Shown piece after piece: positions 7,282 to 15,832 of a DNA stretch of 64,000 nucleotides. Where the stretch lies: NCBI GenBank assembly GCA_023400985.1, contig JAEXEN010000019.1, positions 1,954 to 65,953 of the forward strand. The letters run 5' to 3'. The DNA comes from Bacillota bacterium. GTDB lineage: Bacteria > Bacillota > Clostridia > Christensenellales > CAG-138. A model generated the notes under the pieces. It made no database searches and was not told where the DNA came from. It was given only the letters and a program-made list of their open reading frames with translations. The translations under genes were made by a program, and so were the position numbers. Numbering within the stretch: position 1 is the first letter of the stretch; each line of letters opens with the position of its first letter.

Positions 7282-8367
7282 TCATTTGATCCGTATAAGT
7301 TCGTACTCCTGCGAGCCGAGTCCATATCCCTCAAGCGCACGGACCTGTACGAAGGGGTCCTTGCCGTGAATGCGCTCGAACAGATGGCCGGTCTCGCCAA
7401 GCTCATGCCCCTCGGGGAGCCCCGCTCTTATTAGGTCTTCGGTTTTGATAGCGTCGAGGCAGGCGCGCTCGAGCGCGACGATGTCGTTGGATGCCATGAT
7501 GCCGATGTCGGGTACGAGGGCGGGGGTGGTCATACCCCAGCAGTCGCACAAAATGGTGATCTGTGTGAGCACGTTTATAAAATAGGTATTGCCCGGCTTA
7601 AATGTATCGAGCACCGTTTTTGTGCAAAGCGCCATGCCCTGCTGGAAGGCGTCAAAATTGCTCTCGTCGAGCGCAATGGCACCCGTGGGGCAAACCTTTA
7701 CGCAGTGCTGGCAAAGGGTGCAGTCGTGGTAATTTACCCGGTACTTGCCGGCATCCGAAAACTTGTTGGCGTTGTGATTGCAGGACTTGATGCAGCGCCG
7801 GCAATGCGTGCAAAGCGTCTCGTTCCAGGTAAGACCCCCCTCGAGGCGGTGCAGCTCGCGCCGCGTGCGCGTGGTGACGCAGCCCATAGCGATGTTCTTG
7901 CACGCGCCGCCGTAACCGCACGCGCCGTGGCCCTTGACATGCGAAAAATCGATGAGCACGTCCGCGTCGTGGATGTAGCCGGCAACGTCCACATGCTCGA
8001 ACGAGCGAAGCTCTACTTTTTTGGGGTAATAGTATTTATCGAGATGGCCGCATACGTCCAGCACCGGGCAGCCGAGTATGCTTTCCACATAGCCGCGGTT
8101 TTCGGGGTGCCGTTCCTTCACGGCGTGGTCGCAAACGAAGCAGTCGCCGCCGTGCTCCTTTACAAAGCTCACCAAAATGCGCACGAACACGGGGGGGATG
8201 GTGCTGTAGGAAAGATTGTCGCCGAAATGCATTTTAATGGCTACGGACTTGCCGTTTACAACATCCGCAAGGCCGCTTTTTTCGAGCAGACGCTTGAATT
8301 TGGCGGGAAGGGTCTGGTTGGAGTCGTAGCGGGAGAAACCGAGCGGCGCAAACAATACTTGGGACAT
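7282..8367 (-). CDS. DUF362 domain protein with an inserted 2x[4Fe-4S] ferredoxin motif
   Basis: 'VAIKMHFGDN' DUF362 N-terminus; 'CTHCRRCIKSC' and 'CTLCQHCVKVCP'. ATG 8367 lies 7 nt after GAGGT (the track start at 8388 is less likely). Confidence 0.7.
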   Translation of the reverse strand: MSQVLFAPLGFSRYDSNQTLPAKFKRLLEKSGLADVVNGKSVAIKMHFGDNLSYSTIPPVFVRILVSFVKEHGGDCFVCDHAVKERHPENRGYVESILGCPVLDVCGHLDKYYYPKKVELRSFEHVDVAGYIHDADVLIDFSHVKGHGACGYGGACKNIAMGCVTTRTRRELHRLEGGLTWNETLCTHCRRCIKSCNHNANKFSDAGKYRVNYHDCTLCQHCVKVCPTGAIALDESNFDAFQQGMALCTKTVLDTFKPGNTYFINVLTQITILCDCWGMTTPALVPDIGIMASNDIVALERACLDAIKTEDLIRAGLPEGHELGETGHLFERIHGKDPFVQVRALEGYGLGSQEYELIRIK

Positions 8368-8445
8368 GCTTTTACCTCGTAATCTCATGTGGATTTTTTG
8401 CTATCATACCATGCGGGAAGATAGGCGGCAACGAAAACAAAAAAC

Positions 8446-9075
8446 TTATAACCCCCGAATGCGCACCTCTACCACGCGGCCGATGATCTCCGCGTCGCCG
8501 CCGCTTACGAGCATGGGTTCGTAGCGCGTGTTGGCGGGGATGAGCATAAGGCCGTTTTGCACGCGCTTCACCTTGCGCAAAAGCACCTCGTCGCCCAGAC
8601 GTACCACCGCGATACGGCCGTTTTCCACCGTCGGCTGCATGCGGACGAGCACGAGCGAGCCCTCGGGGATGAACTCGCCTACCATGCAATCGCCTTCCAC
8701 TTCCATATAAAAGTATTCGCCTGCCGCCACATCATTGGCGGGGATGGGAACATACTCGGTGATGTTTTCATCGGCCAAAATGGGAAGCCCTGCGTGCACG
8801 CGGCCGACGAGAGGCACGCCTACCGTGTCCGTCACCGGCAGGAACGAGGCGGAAACCGTCTTTTGCGGCTTGAACAGGGGAATTATGCAGTCGCGCCCCA
8901 TCAAAAAATCCGCCGAGACGCCGAAAAAGTCGCACAAGCGCATAAGCGTATCGGGCGGTATGGCAACGCGTCCCGTTTCGTACTTGCAGATGGCCGCTTT
9001 CTGTACCCCAAGCTCGCGCCCAAGCTCATCTTGCGTGATGCCCCGCTCCATACGTATCTCGCGCAAACGGTTCAT
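8446..9075 (-). CDS. XRE-family HTH plus S24 (LexA/CI-like) peptidase-domain repressor, HdiR/CI-like architecture
   Basis: N-terminal 'ERGITQDELGRELGVQKAAICKYETGR' (HTH_3). C-terminal 'VEGDCMVGEF...AVVRLGDEVLLRKVKR' aligns with the LexA GDSM...VKRL Ser/Lys dyad region, but with Cys instead of Ser. Confidence 0.75.
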   Translation of the reverse strand: MNRLREIRMERGITQDELGRELGVQKAAICKYETGRVAIPPDTLMRLCDFFGVSADFLMGRDCIIPLFKPQKTVSASFLPVTDTVGVPLVGRVHAGLPILADENITEYVPIPANDVAAGEYFYMEVEGDCMVGEFIPEGSLVLVRMQPTVENGRIAVVRLGDEVLLRKVKRVQNGLMLIPANTRYEPMLVSGGDAEIIGRVVEVRIRGL

Positions 9076-9169
9076 GGCGTTCTCCTTTGATGTTTTCTCT
9101 TTGCGCTCCCATTGTATCGCGAGAAGAAACCTTTTTCAAGAAAAATATCTTATAGTACCGTTTTGGGGA

Positions 9170-9198
9170 TTGACAGTATCCAAATGGGATACTATAAT
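9170..9198 (+). promoter_or_regulatory. Consensus sigma-A promoter with a palindromic operator in the spacer
   Basis: TTGACA, 17 nt, TATAAT. The spacer is GTATCC-aaatg-GGATAC (inverted repeat 9176-9192). A third GGATAC half-site is at 9274-9279. Confidence 0.65.
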
Positions 9199-9295
9199 GA
9201 GGCTACTAAAAGCGGAAAGCGCCGCTTTTCAAAGAAATTTTCGGAAATTCTTCGGAAACATGGGTTTCCAAAACGGATACAAAAGAGGTAAACTT

Positions 9296-9490
9296 ATGAA
9301 TTATTTCGGTTTGTTTTTCAGCTTCATGCTCCCGGGCATCTTTATAGGCGCCATGGCGATCGCCGTAATAAGGCAGGAGATCATCAGCCATAAGCGCCGC
9401 GCCGCGCGCGAGGAACGCGAAAGGCAGCATAAAAACGCCCGCAAGCTCTATGTGCACGATTTTGCGGCCGCAGTCGACCGCGCCGCATGA
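9296..9490 (+). CDS. Small (64 aa) single-pass membrane protein with a basic C-terminal tail, divergent from the repressor
   Basis: RBS AGAGGT lies 8 nt upstream of the ATG. 'FGLFFSFMLPGIFIGAMAIAVI' TM then 'HKRRAAREERERQHKNARK'. A strong terminator follows. Confidence 0.55.
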   Translation: MNYFGLFFSFMLPGIFIGAMAIAVIRQEIISHKRRAAREERERQHKNARKLYVHDFAAAVDRAA

Positions 9491-9510
9491 CCTTATTTTC
9501 TGTAATCGGA

Positions 9511-9556
9511 GGCCGTTTTAAATAAACGCGGTTTATTTAAAACGGCCGCTTTTTTT
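9511..9556 (+). terminator. Rho-independent terminator
   Basis: Perfect 16-bp stem ggccgttttaaataaa/tttatttaaaacggcc followed by gcTTTTTTT. Confidence 0.85.
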
Positions 9557-9579
9557 GACGAATAGGAGCCATTGGGGGA

Positions 9580-9835
9580 TTATCAAGGGGTGCTCCCTTG
9601 ATTACATTCCGGCTTCGGCGGCATGTATATGTCCGCCGAAGCCGGAGCCCTACGGGTCGAGGCCTACGGCCTCGCATGGGCCAAGGCCTGCGGCCTTGCG
9701 TGCCAAAACGGATGAAATCCGCAGGATTTCGTTCCTATCGCATCCGCCGCACGGGAGCGCCGCAGCGCGACAGGCGGATGTGCCGAACCCCCGAAGGGTC
9801 TCACGCAAATGGCCGCAAGGACACTTGCGTGCTGC
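9580..9835. repeat. Array of consecutive GC-rich hairpins (REP-like intergenic block)
   Basis: At least 7 successive stem-loops, e.g. ccggcttcggcgg/ccgccgaagccgg (13 bp), cgaggcc-tac-ggcctcg, caaggcc-tgc-ggccttg and catccgcc...ggcggatg. Confidence 0.6.
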
Positions 9836-9846
9836 CGGAGGCATAT

Positions 9847-11163
9847 ATGGACGTATACGAAAAGCTGAAAATCCTAACTGACGCCGCGAAATACGACGTC
9901 GCCTGCACCTCGAGCGGGGCGGACAGGACCGCGCCGCGCGACGGCATCGGGAGCGCCATGGCTGCGGGCTGCTGCCACAGCTTCGCGGGCGACGGGCGCT
10001 GCATTTCCCTTTTAAAGGTGCTCATGACCAACGCCTGTGCCTACGACTGCGCGTACTGCGTCAACCGCCGAACTCTCGATACGCCCCGCGCGACGTTCGA
10101 GCCGCGGGAGCTTGCGGAGCTTACCATCGCTTTCTACCGCCGCAACTATATCGAAGGCCTTTTTTTAAGCTCGGGCGTGCTTAAAAATCCCAACTATACC
10201 GTGGAGCGCATGTGCGAAACGTTACGCATACTGCGCGAGGAATATAAGTTTTACGGCTATATCCACGCCAAAGCCATCCCGGGGACGGACAACGCGCTGT
10301 TGACAAGGCTCGGCTATCTGGCCGACCGATTGAGCGTCAACATCGAGCTTCCCTCGCAGGAGAGCCTGCACCTTCTCGCGCCCGATAAATCCAAACAGGC
10401 GATATTAAAACCGATGGGCTTCATCAAGTCCGGCATCGAGTCGAACTCCAAGGAGCTTACACGCTATAAGCACGTGCCGAAATTCGCGTCCGCGGGGCAG
10501 AGCACGCAGATGATTGTGGGCGCGACCGCCGAGAGCGATCTAAGTATCCTCAACCTCACGGAAGGGCTCTATAAGTCCTACCGTCTCAAGCGCGTGTTCT
10601 TTTCCGCGTACATGCCGGTGGTGGAAAGCTCGCTTTTACCCACGCCGGACGTAAGACCGCCGCTACTCAGGGAGCACAGGCTCTATCAGGCGGACTGGCT
10701 CTTGCGTTTTTACGGCTTTACGGCTTCGGAAATACTCGACGCGGAGCACCCGAGCTTCAACCAATACCTCGACCCCAAATGCAACTGGGCCGTCAACCAT
10801 CCCGAGCGTTTCCCCGTGGAGGTCAACCGTGCGCCGTACGAAACGCTCCTTCGCGTGCCGGGCATCGGCGTAAGGAGCGCACAGCGCATCCTGGCCGCGC
10901 GCAAGGTTTCTACACTCGACTTTTTAGCCTTGAAGCGGCTAGGCGTGGTACTGAAGCGCGCGCAGTATTTCATCACCTGCGCCGGCAAGCTCGCGAACGG
11001 CTTCGATACCGCGCAGGACGCGCTTTTGCGCGCGCTCGTATCAGAACAGGCGAAGGGCCGCGCCGACGAGGCGCTCTTGACGCGGCCCGAACAGCTTTCG
11101 CTTTTGGAGCACCCGGCGCTTAAAAGGGAGGAGCTATTGAAATGCCTGAGCGGGGAAATGTAG
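9847..11163 (+). CDS. Putative DNA modification/repair radical SAM protein (TIGR03916-like)
   Basis: 'CAYDCAYCVNR' CxxxCxxC radical-SAM motif and a C-terminal HhH-like 'LLRVPGIGVRSAQRIL'. ATG 9847 lies 6 nt after GGAGG; the upstream track extension crosses the hairpin repeats. Confidence 0.75.
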   Translation: MDVYEKLKILTDAAKYDVACTSSGADRTAPRDGIGSAMAAGCCHSFAGDGRCISLLKVLMTNACAYDCAYCVNRRTLDTPRATFEPRELAELTIAFYRRNYIEGLFLSSGVLKNPNYTVERMCETLRILREEYKFYGYIHAKAIPGTDNALLTRLGYLADRLSVNIELPSQESLHLLAPDKSKQAILKPMGFIKSGIESNSKELTRYKHVPKFASAGQSTQMIVGATAESDLSILNLTEGLYKSYRLKRVFFSAYMPVVESSLLPTPDVRPPLLREHRLYQADWLLRFYGFTASEILDAEHPSFNQYLDPKCNWAVNHPERFPVEVNRAPYETLLRVPGIGVRSAQRILAARKVSTLDFLALKRLGVVLKRAQYFITCAGKLANGFDTAQDALLRALVSEQAKGRADEALLTRPEQLSLLEHPALKREELLKCLSGEM

Positions 11164-11969
11164 TTTACGGCTACGACGGCAGCTTCGAGGGTCTGCTTTG
11201 CTGCGTGTTCGAAAGCTATGAAAAAAAGGAGCTTCCGCTCGATGTAATATCGTTGGAGGAAGGCATGCCGCTCCTTCTGCCCGTGCGCATGGTGGAAACA
11301 GACGAGCGAAGGTCGATGCGCGTTTGGAAAGCCATCCCGCAAAAAATAGGTCCCAAGGCGCTCGAACTTGCGCACATGGGCTTTTTGACCTGTCACCCTA
11401 AAAAAGCTCTTCTTATTTTAAACTTTCTCCACCTTGGCTTTTCGAAGGGCGGCAGCGTTGTAAATATGCTTGCGGATGAAACTGTGTGCGAGCTTACAAA
11501 AGCGGTGCGCCATCTCGGCAACGAGGCGCATCTGCTGAAAGGCTTCGTGCGTTTCAGCGAAGCAAACGGCGCGCTCACAGCGCAGATCGAGCCGAAAAAC
11601 ATCGTGCTGCCACTTCTTGCGCCGCACTTTGCCGCGCGCCTGCCGCGTGAGAACTTCCTCATCCACGACAAAACGCATGCGATGGCGCTTATCCATAAGC
11701 CTGGTACAATGGGCATCGTGCCTGCGGAACAGTTTGTGATGCCGCGGCCCGGGCAGGAAGAGCTTCGTTTCCGCGCGCTTTGGCGGCTGTTTTACGATAC
11801 TATCGAGGTGGAAGGGAGGCACAACCCGAGGACCCGCATGGGCCATATGCCCAAGCGCTACTGGCGCTGTATGACGGAATTCGCCCGCTGCGACGGCATG
11901 CCAGCCGATCAAAACGCAGCGCTCAGCGGCGCTGTGCCTGCAGGGCTTCCGGAACCTCCTCTGCCCTAA
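11142..11969 (+). CDS. TIGR03915-family putative DNA repair protein (DUF4130), partner of the radical SAM protein
   Basis: 'VYGYDGSFEGLLCCVFESY' N-terminus and 'HLLKGFVRF' are typical of the family. It overlaps the upstream gene by 22 nt. Confidence 0.7.
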   Translation: MPERGNVVYGYDGSFEGLLCCVFESYEKKELPLDVISLEEGMPLLLPVRMVETDERRSMRVWKAIPQKIGPKALELAHMGFLTCHPKKALLILNFLHLGFSKGGSVVNMLADETVCELTKAVRHLGNEAHLLKGFVRFSEANGALTAQIEPKNIVLPLLAPHFAARLPRENFLIHDKTHAMALIHKPGTMGIVPAEQFVMPRPGQEELRFRALWRLFYDTIEVEGRHNPRTRMGHMPKRYWRCMTEFARCDGMPADQNAALSGAVPAGLPEPPLP

Positions 11970-12039
11970 GCAAGAGGTTGCCCCTCTTTGCGCGTCTATG
12001 ATAGAATAACCGCAGCAACTTAGGAAGAGAGGATATGCC

Positions 12040-12789
12040 ATGAAGCACATCGATAAAAGCCGTTATGCCATATTCGCGCTCGCCGCGCTTGTTGTTTTTT
12101 CGGCGCTGCTCCTGCCTTCGACGGCTTTTGCCAACTCCGCAGAACCGCCGGCGATCCTCGTCGTAGTCTTGGACGCGCCGGGTGACCTTGCGCTCGAGGG
12201 CGAGGCAAGCGGAGAATTCGTACCTATGCGCTATAGTTCCGCGGCATGGGAAAGCTACTTTAAGCTCCATTATTTCGATTATCCCGCCGGCGATGCACGG
12301 GGCGCTGTGCCCACGTCGATCCGCGTCACTGCGGGCGGCGTATCGCAGACTTTACCGCTCCCCAATGTAATGAATACCTATAACAATGTCTTCACGCTGG
12401 ATTTTAAGACCATGACGCTCACGGAGGGCACGCTGCCGTTTCGGGGCGCGCTCCTTGTCGCTATGCGCGTTGCGCTTACGCTTATTTTAGAAGGGATCGC
12501 GTTCTATTTGTTCGGCTTCCGCGAAAAACGGAGCTGGATCGCGTTTCTCGTGATCAACCTCATCACGCAGGGCGGCTTGAACGCGATACTTTCCTCTTCT
12601 CCGTTCTCCAACGGCTATGCGATTATGGGGCTCGCTCTATTGGAGATACTCGTCTTCCTCATAGAAATACCCGCGTTCCTCATCGCGGTCAAGGAGAAAA
12701 AATGGTGGCAGCGACTGATCTACGCGCTGAGTGCAAACATGTTGAGCCTCTTCCTTGGCGGCGCTTTGATCACCTATTTGCCCATATAA
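12040..12789 (+). CDS. Hypothetical secreted/membrane protein (signal peptide, extracytoplasmic domain, about 4 C-terminal TM helices)
   Basis: Signal-like 'FALAALVVFSALLLPSTAFA/NS' and a hydrophobic C-terminal third. Confidence 0.55.
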   Translation: MKHIDKSRYAIFALAALVVFSALLLPSTAFANSAEPPAILVVVLDAPGDLALEGEASGEFVPMRYSSAAWESYFKLHYFDYPAGDARGAVPTSIRVTAGGVSQTLPLPNVMNTYNNVFTLDFKTMTLTEGTLPFRGALLVAMRVALTLILEGIAFYLFGFREKRSWIAFLVINLITQGGLNAILSSSPFSNGYAIMGLALLEILVFLIEIPAFLIAVKEKKWWQRLIYALSANMLSLFLGGALITYLPI

Positions 12790-12968
12790 AAATGAAATCG
12801 TAAATTCCTATATTGCGCAATTTAAAAGGAGGAATTATACTTACGGAAAGAGTGCTTTTAGGCAATATTTGACAATTTTGCCGTGAATTTTAGGAACACG
12901 TCCAGATAGGGTACGCCCGCCGCATCGCGCGGGCGTATTCTATCCGATCTGCCGGCGGGGGATCAGCG

Positions 12969-15458
12969 ATGGGGAGCGTATTTATCATATGCCGTATGTT
13001 TGCGTCGGCTTTTTCAGGCGACTTTTTTGCGGCGTCCGTCAGCCTCTTGGATGTCGAAAGACGCGACGCCAATATTGCGGAACTCGTCATCATAGGCGTG
13101 CTGGTCGTCCTTTTGATTTTGCTTGCCCGCTATATGCGCAATCTCGGTATGTCCAAAAAGGAGCTGGAGCGGTTCAATGAGCTGCGCAAGGCTTTTTTTG
13201 ACGCCGAAGATACCGTTACCTATTTAAAAGATGAAAACATGCGGTTCGCGTTCGCAAACGCCGCCTTTGAAAAATTCTCCGGTCTGAGCGAGAAGGAGAT
13301 CACGGGGAAGATTGGCGCTGAGGTGCTGCCCGCCGCGCTTAACGACGCCGCGAGGCAGATCGAGCTCGAGGCGGTCGAGGATATGCATATCCGCTTTGGC
13401 GATGTAAGCTTTGGAAAGCGCATCTTTAGGATTACCGCGTTTCCCGTAAGCATGGCCGGCGGCAAGGCGGGCGTGGGTGTATATATACGCGATATGACGC
13501 TCGAACAAAGCCATATGAAGCTCCAGCAGCACATACTCAAGCGCAACGAGATATTGGTGGACGTGTTCAACGGGAGCTTCAAGTCAAAAGAGGAGCAGAT
13601 TGACTACATACTCTTGCAGGCGCTGGAACTGACCGAAAGCAAACACGGCTGCATCGCTTTTTACGACGAAGAAAGCGGCGGCTTCACGCAAATCACGTTG
13701 ACGCACTCCATCAACGCCGATTACGGCGAGAATCTCCCGGGGCCCGCCGTGCCTGATTTCCTCATCGATATTTTCATGGAAGCGGCCAACACGCAAAAGC
13801 CCGTGATCCAAAACGACTATCAGGCATATTTGAAAGCAAGGGGAAGGGTAAGTCCGTTTGCCCCCGCCCCCGCCCGCTTTTTGTGCGTCCCCGTTTGCAT
13901 CGACGGCAAAGTGCCCGCCGCGGTGGGCCTCGGCGACCGCGACGACCCGTATTTCGGCAACTCGGCCTATGAGGCGACGCTTTTGATGAATACCGCGTGG
14001 AACGCGTTCGAGCGGCGCGAGGCGCAGCAGAGCCTGATCTTCGAACGCAACAAATACCTGGAAACCATCCTTTCCATCGGCGACGGCGTGATGGTGGTCA
14101 ACAAAGAGGGCAGGATCGAGATGCTCAACACCGTGGCGGAAAGGCTTACCGGCTGGCCGCTCGATCAGGCGAAAGGAAGGCTGTATACGGAGGTGTTCCG
14201 GCTCACCGATGATGAATATTCCTCGTCGTGCGATTTTATCGAGCGCGTACTCGAAAGCGATTCCGCACAAACTGTACAAAACGACGCTATACTGACCTCG
14301 CGTCTGGGTGACCTTTACTTTTTAGAGAACAGCGCAGCCCCCATCCGCGGCGAGTCGGGTTCGACTGTGGGCGCGGTGATCGTGTTTCGCGACGTCACGG
14401 AAAGGCGCGCACAGCGGGGCCGCATCGAATATTTGAGCATGCACGACCCGCTTACGGGGCTTTATAACCGCCGCTATTTCGAGGAGCAGATCAACCGCTT
14501 CGACACGCCGGAAAACCTGCCGTTAAGCGTCATCATGGGCGACGTGAACGACCTCAAGCTCACCAACGATATTTTTGGTCATTCCAGCGGCGACCTTTCC
14601 ATCGTGCATTGCGCGCACGCCATCCAAAATGTGTGCCGCCCGGTCGATATTGCGGCGCGCTGGGGCGGCGACGAGTTTGTTCTGATTTTGCCGCAGACGA
14701 CCGCAGCGCAGGCGGAATTCGTATGCAGGCGTATCCATGAGGAAATGGCGTCGCGCCGCGTCGCTGCGATCCAATGCAGCATGTCGCTCGGCTTCGACGT
14801 AAAGTCAAACGCTGAGGAGGATATCTGGCGTATCCTCAACAACGCCGAGCAAAAGATGTACGCGGAAAAGACCACCAACCGCAGCCGCTTGCAATCGAGT
14901 ACGCTCGACGCTTTCGTGCAGACGCTTTATGGCAATTCCCCGCGCGAACAGGAGCATGCGGAACGGACCAGCGCCTATTGTGTGATGATCGGGCGTGTGA
15001 TGGGCCTCCCTGAGGAAGATATCAAAAAGCTCAAGGACGTGGGCGCTATGCACGACATCGGCAAGGTCGTGCTCGACGCAGACCTTTTGCGAAAGACCGG
15101 CGCCCTGACCGAATTCGAGGCCGATGAAATCAAAAAGCACCCGATCATGGGGTATCGCATCCTCAATTCCTTCGACAGCACGCTCAACCTCGCGGAGGCC
15201 GTGCTCGCGCACCACGAGCGCTACGACGGAAGCGGTTACCCCAAAGGGCTCAAGGCTACGCAGGTACCGCTTATGGCGCGCATCATTTCCGTTGCGGAAA
15301 GCTATGAGCGCATCACCCGCGATTCGGCAGGCAAGCCCGCGCGCACGGCGGCTGAGGCGATCGATATCCTTACGGAAAACGCCGGCACGCAGTTCGACCC
15401 CTATGTGACGGAGATATTCGTCCGGCTCATGCGGGAAAAGGAGCTCCCCTTACCTTAA
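12969..15458 (+). CDS. Multidomain c-di-GMP protein: TM, PAS/GAF sensor region, GGDEF, HD-GYP
   Basis: 'ARWGGDEFVLILP' (intact GGDEF), 'HDIGKVVL' and 'HHERYDGSGYPKGL' (HD-GYP). The start is uncertain (12969 or 12996). Confidence 0.8.
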   Translation: MGSVFIICRMFASAFSGDFFAASVSLLDVERRDANIAELVIIGVLVVLLILLARYMRNLGMSKKELERFNELRKAFFDAEDTVTYLKDENMRFAFANAAFEKFSGLSEKEITGKIGAEVLPAALNDAARQIELEAVEDMHIRFGDVSFGKRIFRITAFPVSMAGGKAGVGVYIRDMTLEQSHMKLQQHILKRNEILVDVFNGSFKSKEEQIDYILLQALELTESKHGCIAFYDEESGGFTQITLTHSINADYGENLPGPAVPDFLIDIFMEAANTQKPVIQNDYQAYLKARGRVSPFAPAPARFLCVPVCIDGKVPAAVGLGDRDDPYFGNSAYEATLLMNTAWNAFERREAQQSLIFERNKYLETILSIGDGVMVVNKEGRIEMLNTVAERLTGWPLDQAKGRLYTEVFRLTDDEYSSSCDFIERVLESDSAQTVQNDAILTSRLGDLYFLENSAAPIRGESGSTVGAVIVFRDVTERRAQRGRIEYLSMHDPLTGLYNRRYFEEQINRFDTPENLPLSVIMGDVNDLKLTNDIFGHSSGDLSIVHCAHAIQNVCRPVDIAARWGGDEFVLILPQTTAAQAEFVCRRIHEEMASRRVAAIQCSMSLGFDVKSNAEEDIWRILNNAEQKMYAEKTTNRSRLQSSTLDAFVQTLYGNSPREQEHAERTSAYCVMIGRVMGLPEEDIKKLKDVGAMHDIGKVVLDADLLRKTGALTEFEADEIKKHPIMGYRILNSFDSTLNLAEAVLAHHERYDGSGYPKGLKATQVPLMARIISVAESYERITRDSAGKPARTAAEAIDILTENAGTQFDPYVTEIFVRLMREKELPLP

Positions 15459-15489
15459 GATATTGTGAAAGCACAAGGAGATATAGATC

Positions 15490-15771
15490 ATGAACGAAGA
15501 AGAAAAAAGGCTGTTGGAGCGGTTCCTCGATGAAGGGGGCCGCGTAAAGCAGTTCCCCTCCAAACAGACACCGCGCGACGCGGTGCTGAAGTATTTGGCG
15601 GAAAAGTTCGAGCCGGATACCGATTATAAAGAGCGCGAGGTGAACGCCATTTTGACGGAATGGCACACCTTCAGCGATTATTTCATCCTGCGCCGCTCGC
15701 TTGTGGAGGCAGGGTACCTTCACCGGCTTAAGGATGGGAGCCGGTATTGGAAAGATCCAGAAAATTCATAA
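15490..15771 (+). CDS. DUF2087 domain protein
   Basis: 'GRVKQFPSKQ...REVNAILTEWHTFSDYFILRRSLVEAGYLHR' is the typical DUF2087 pattern. Good RBS. Confidence 0.65.
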   Translation: MNEEEKRLLERFLDEGGRVKQFPSKQTPRDAVLKYLAEKFEPDTDYKEREVNAILTEWHTFSDYFILRRSLVEAGYLHRLKDGSRYWKDPENS

Positions 15772-15784
15772 AAGAATATATGCA

Positions 15785-15817
15785 AGGGCCCGTAAGCCGC
15801 GGCTTACAGGCCCTTTC
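15785..15817. terminator. Hairpin between convergent genes (weak T tract)
   Basis: agggcccgtaagcc/ggcttacaggccct, a 14-bp stem with 1 mismatch. Confidence 0.45.
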
Positions 15818-15832
15818 GCATATCCATTTATG

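Noticed and set aside
9076-9295. A canonical Firmicute LexA (Cheo) box GAAC-N4-GTTC in the repressor/small-ORF intergenic region.
   Set aside because: I found none by eye. The nearest match is GGAAAC-atgg-GTTTCC, which has an extra base per arm. This fits the repressor having an XRE-type HTH rather than the LexA winged helix, so I do not call this gene lexA.
8557-9490. Plus-strand ORFs 8557-9090 and 8735-9490 across the repressor gene.
   Set aside because: They are antisense to, or out of frame with, the HTH/S24 repressor. Only the last 64 codons of 8735-9490 (from ATG 9296, which has its own RBS and promoter) are credible.
9598-9846. An N-terminal extension of the radical SAM ORF (track start 9598), and ORF 9555-9881.
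   Set aside because: The extension is encoded by the GC-rich hairpin repeat block and is Arg/Pro/Gly-rich. A GGAGG RBS precedes ATG 9847, where family-typical sequence begins.
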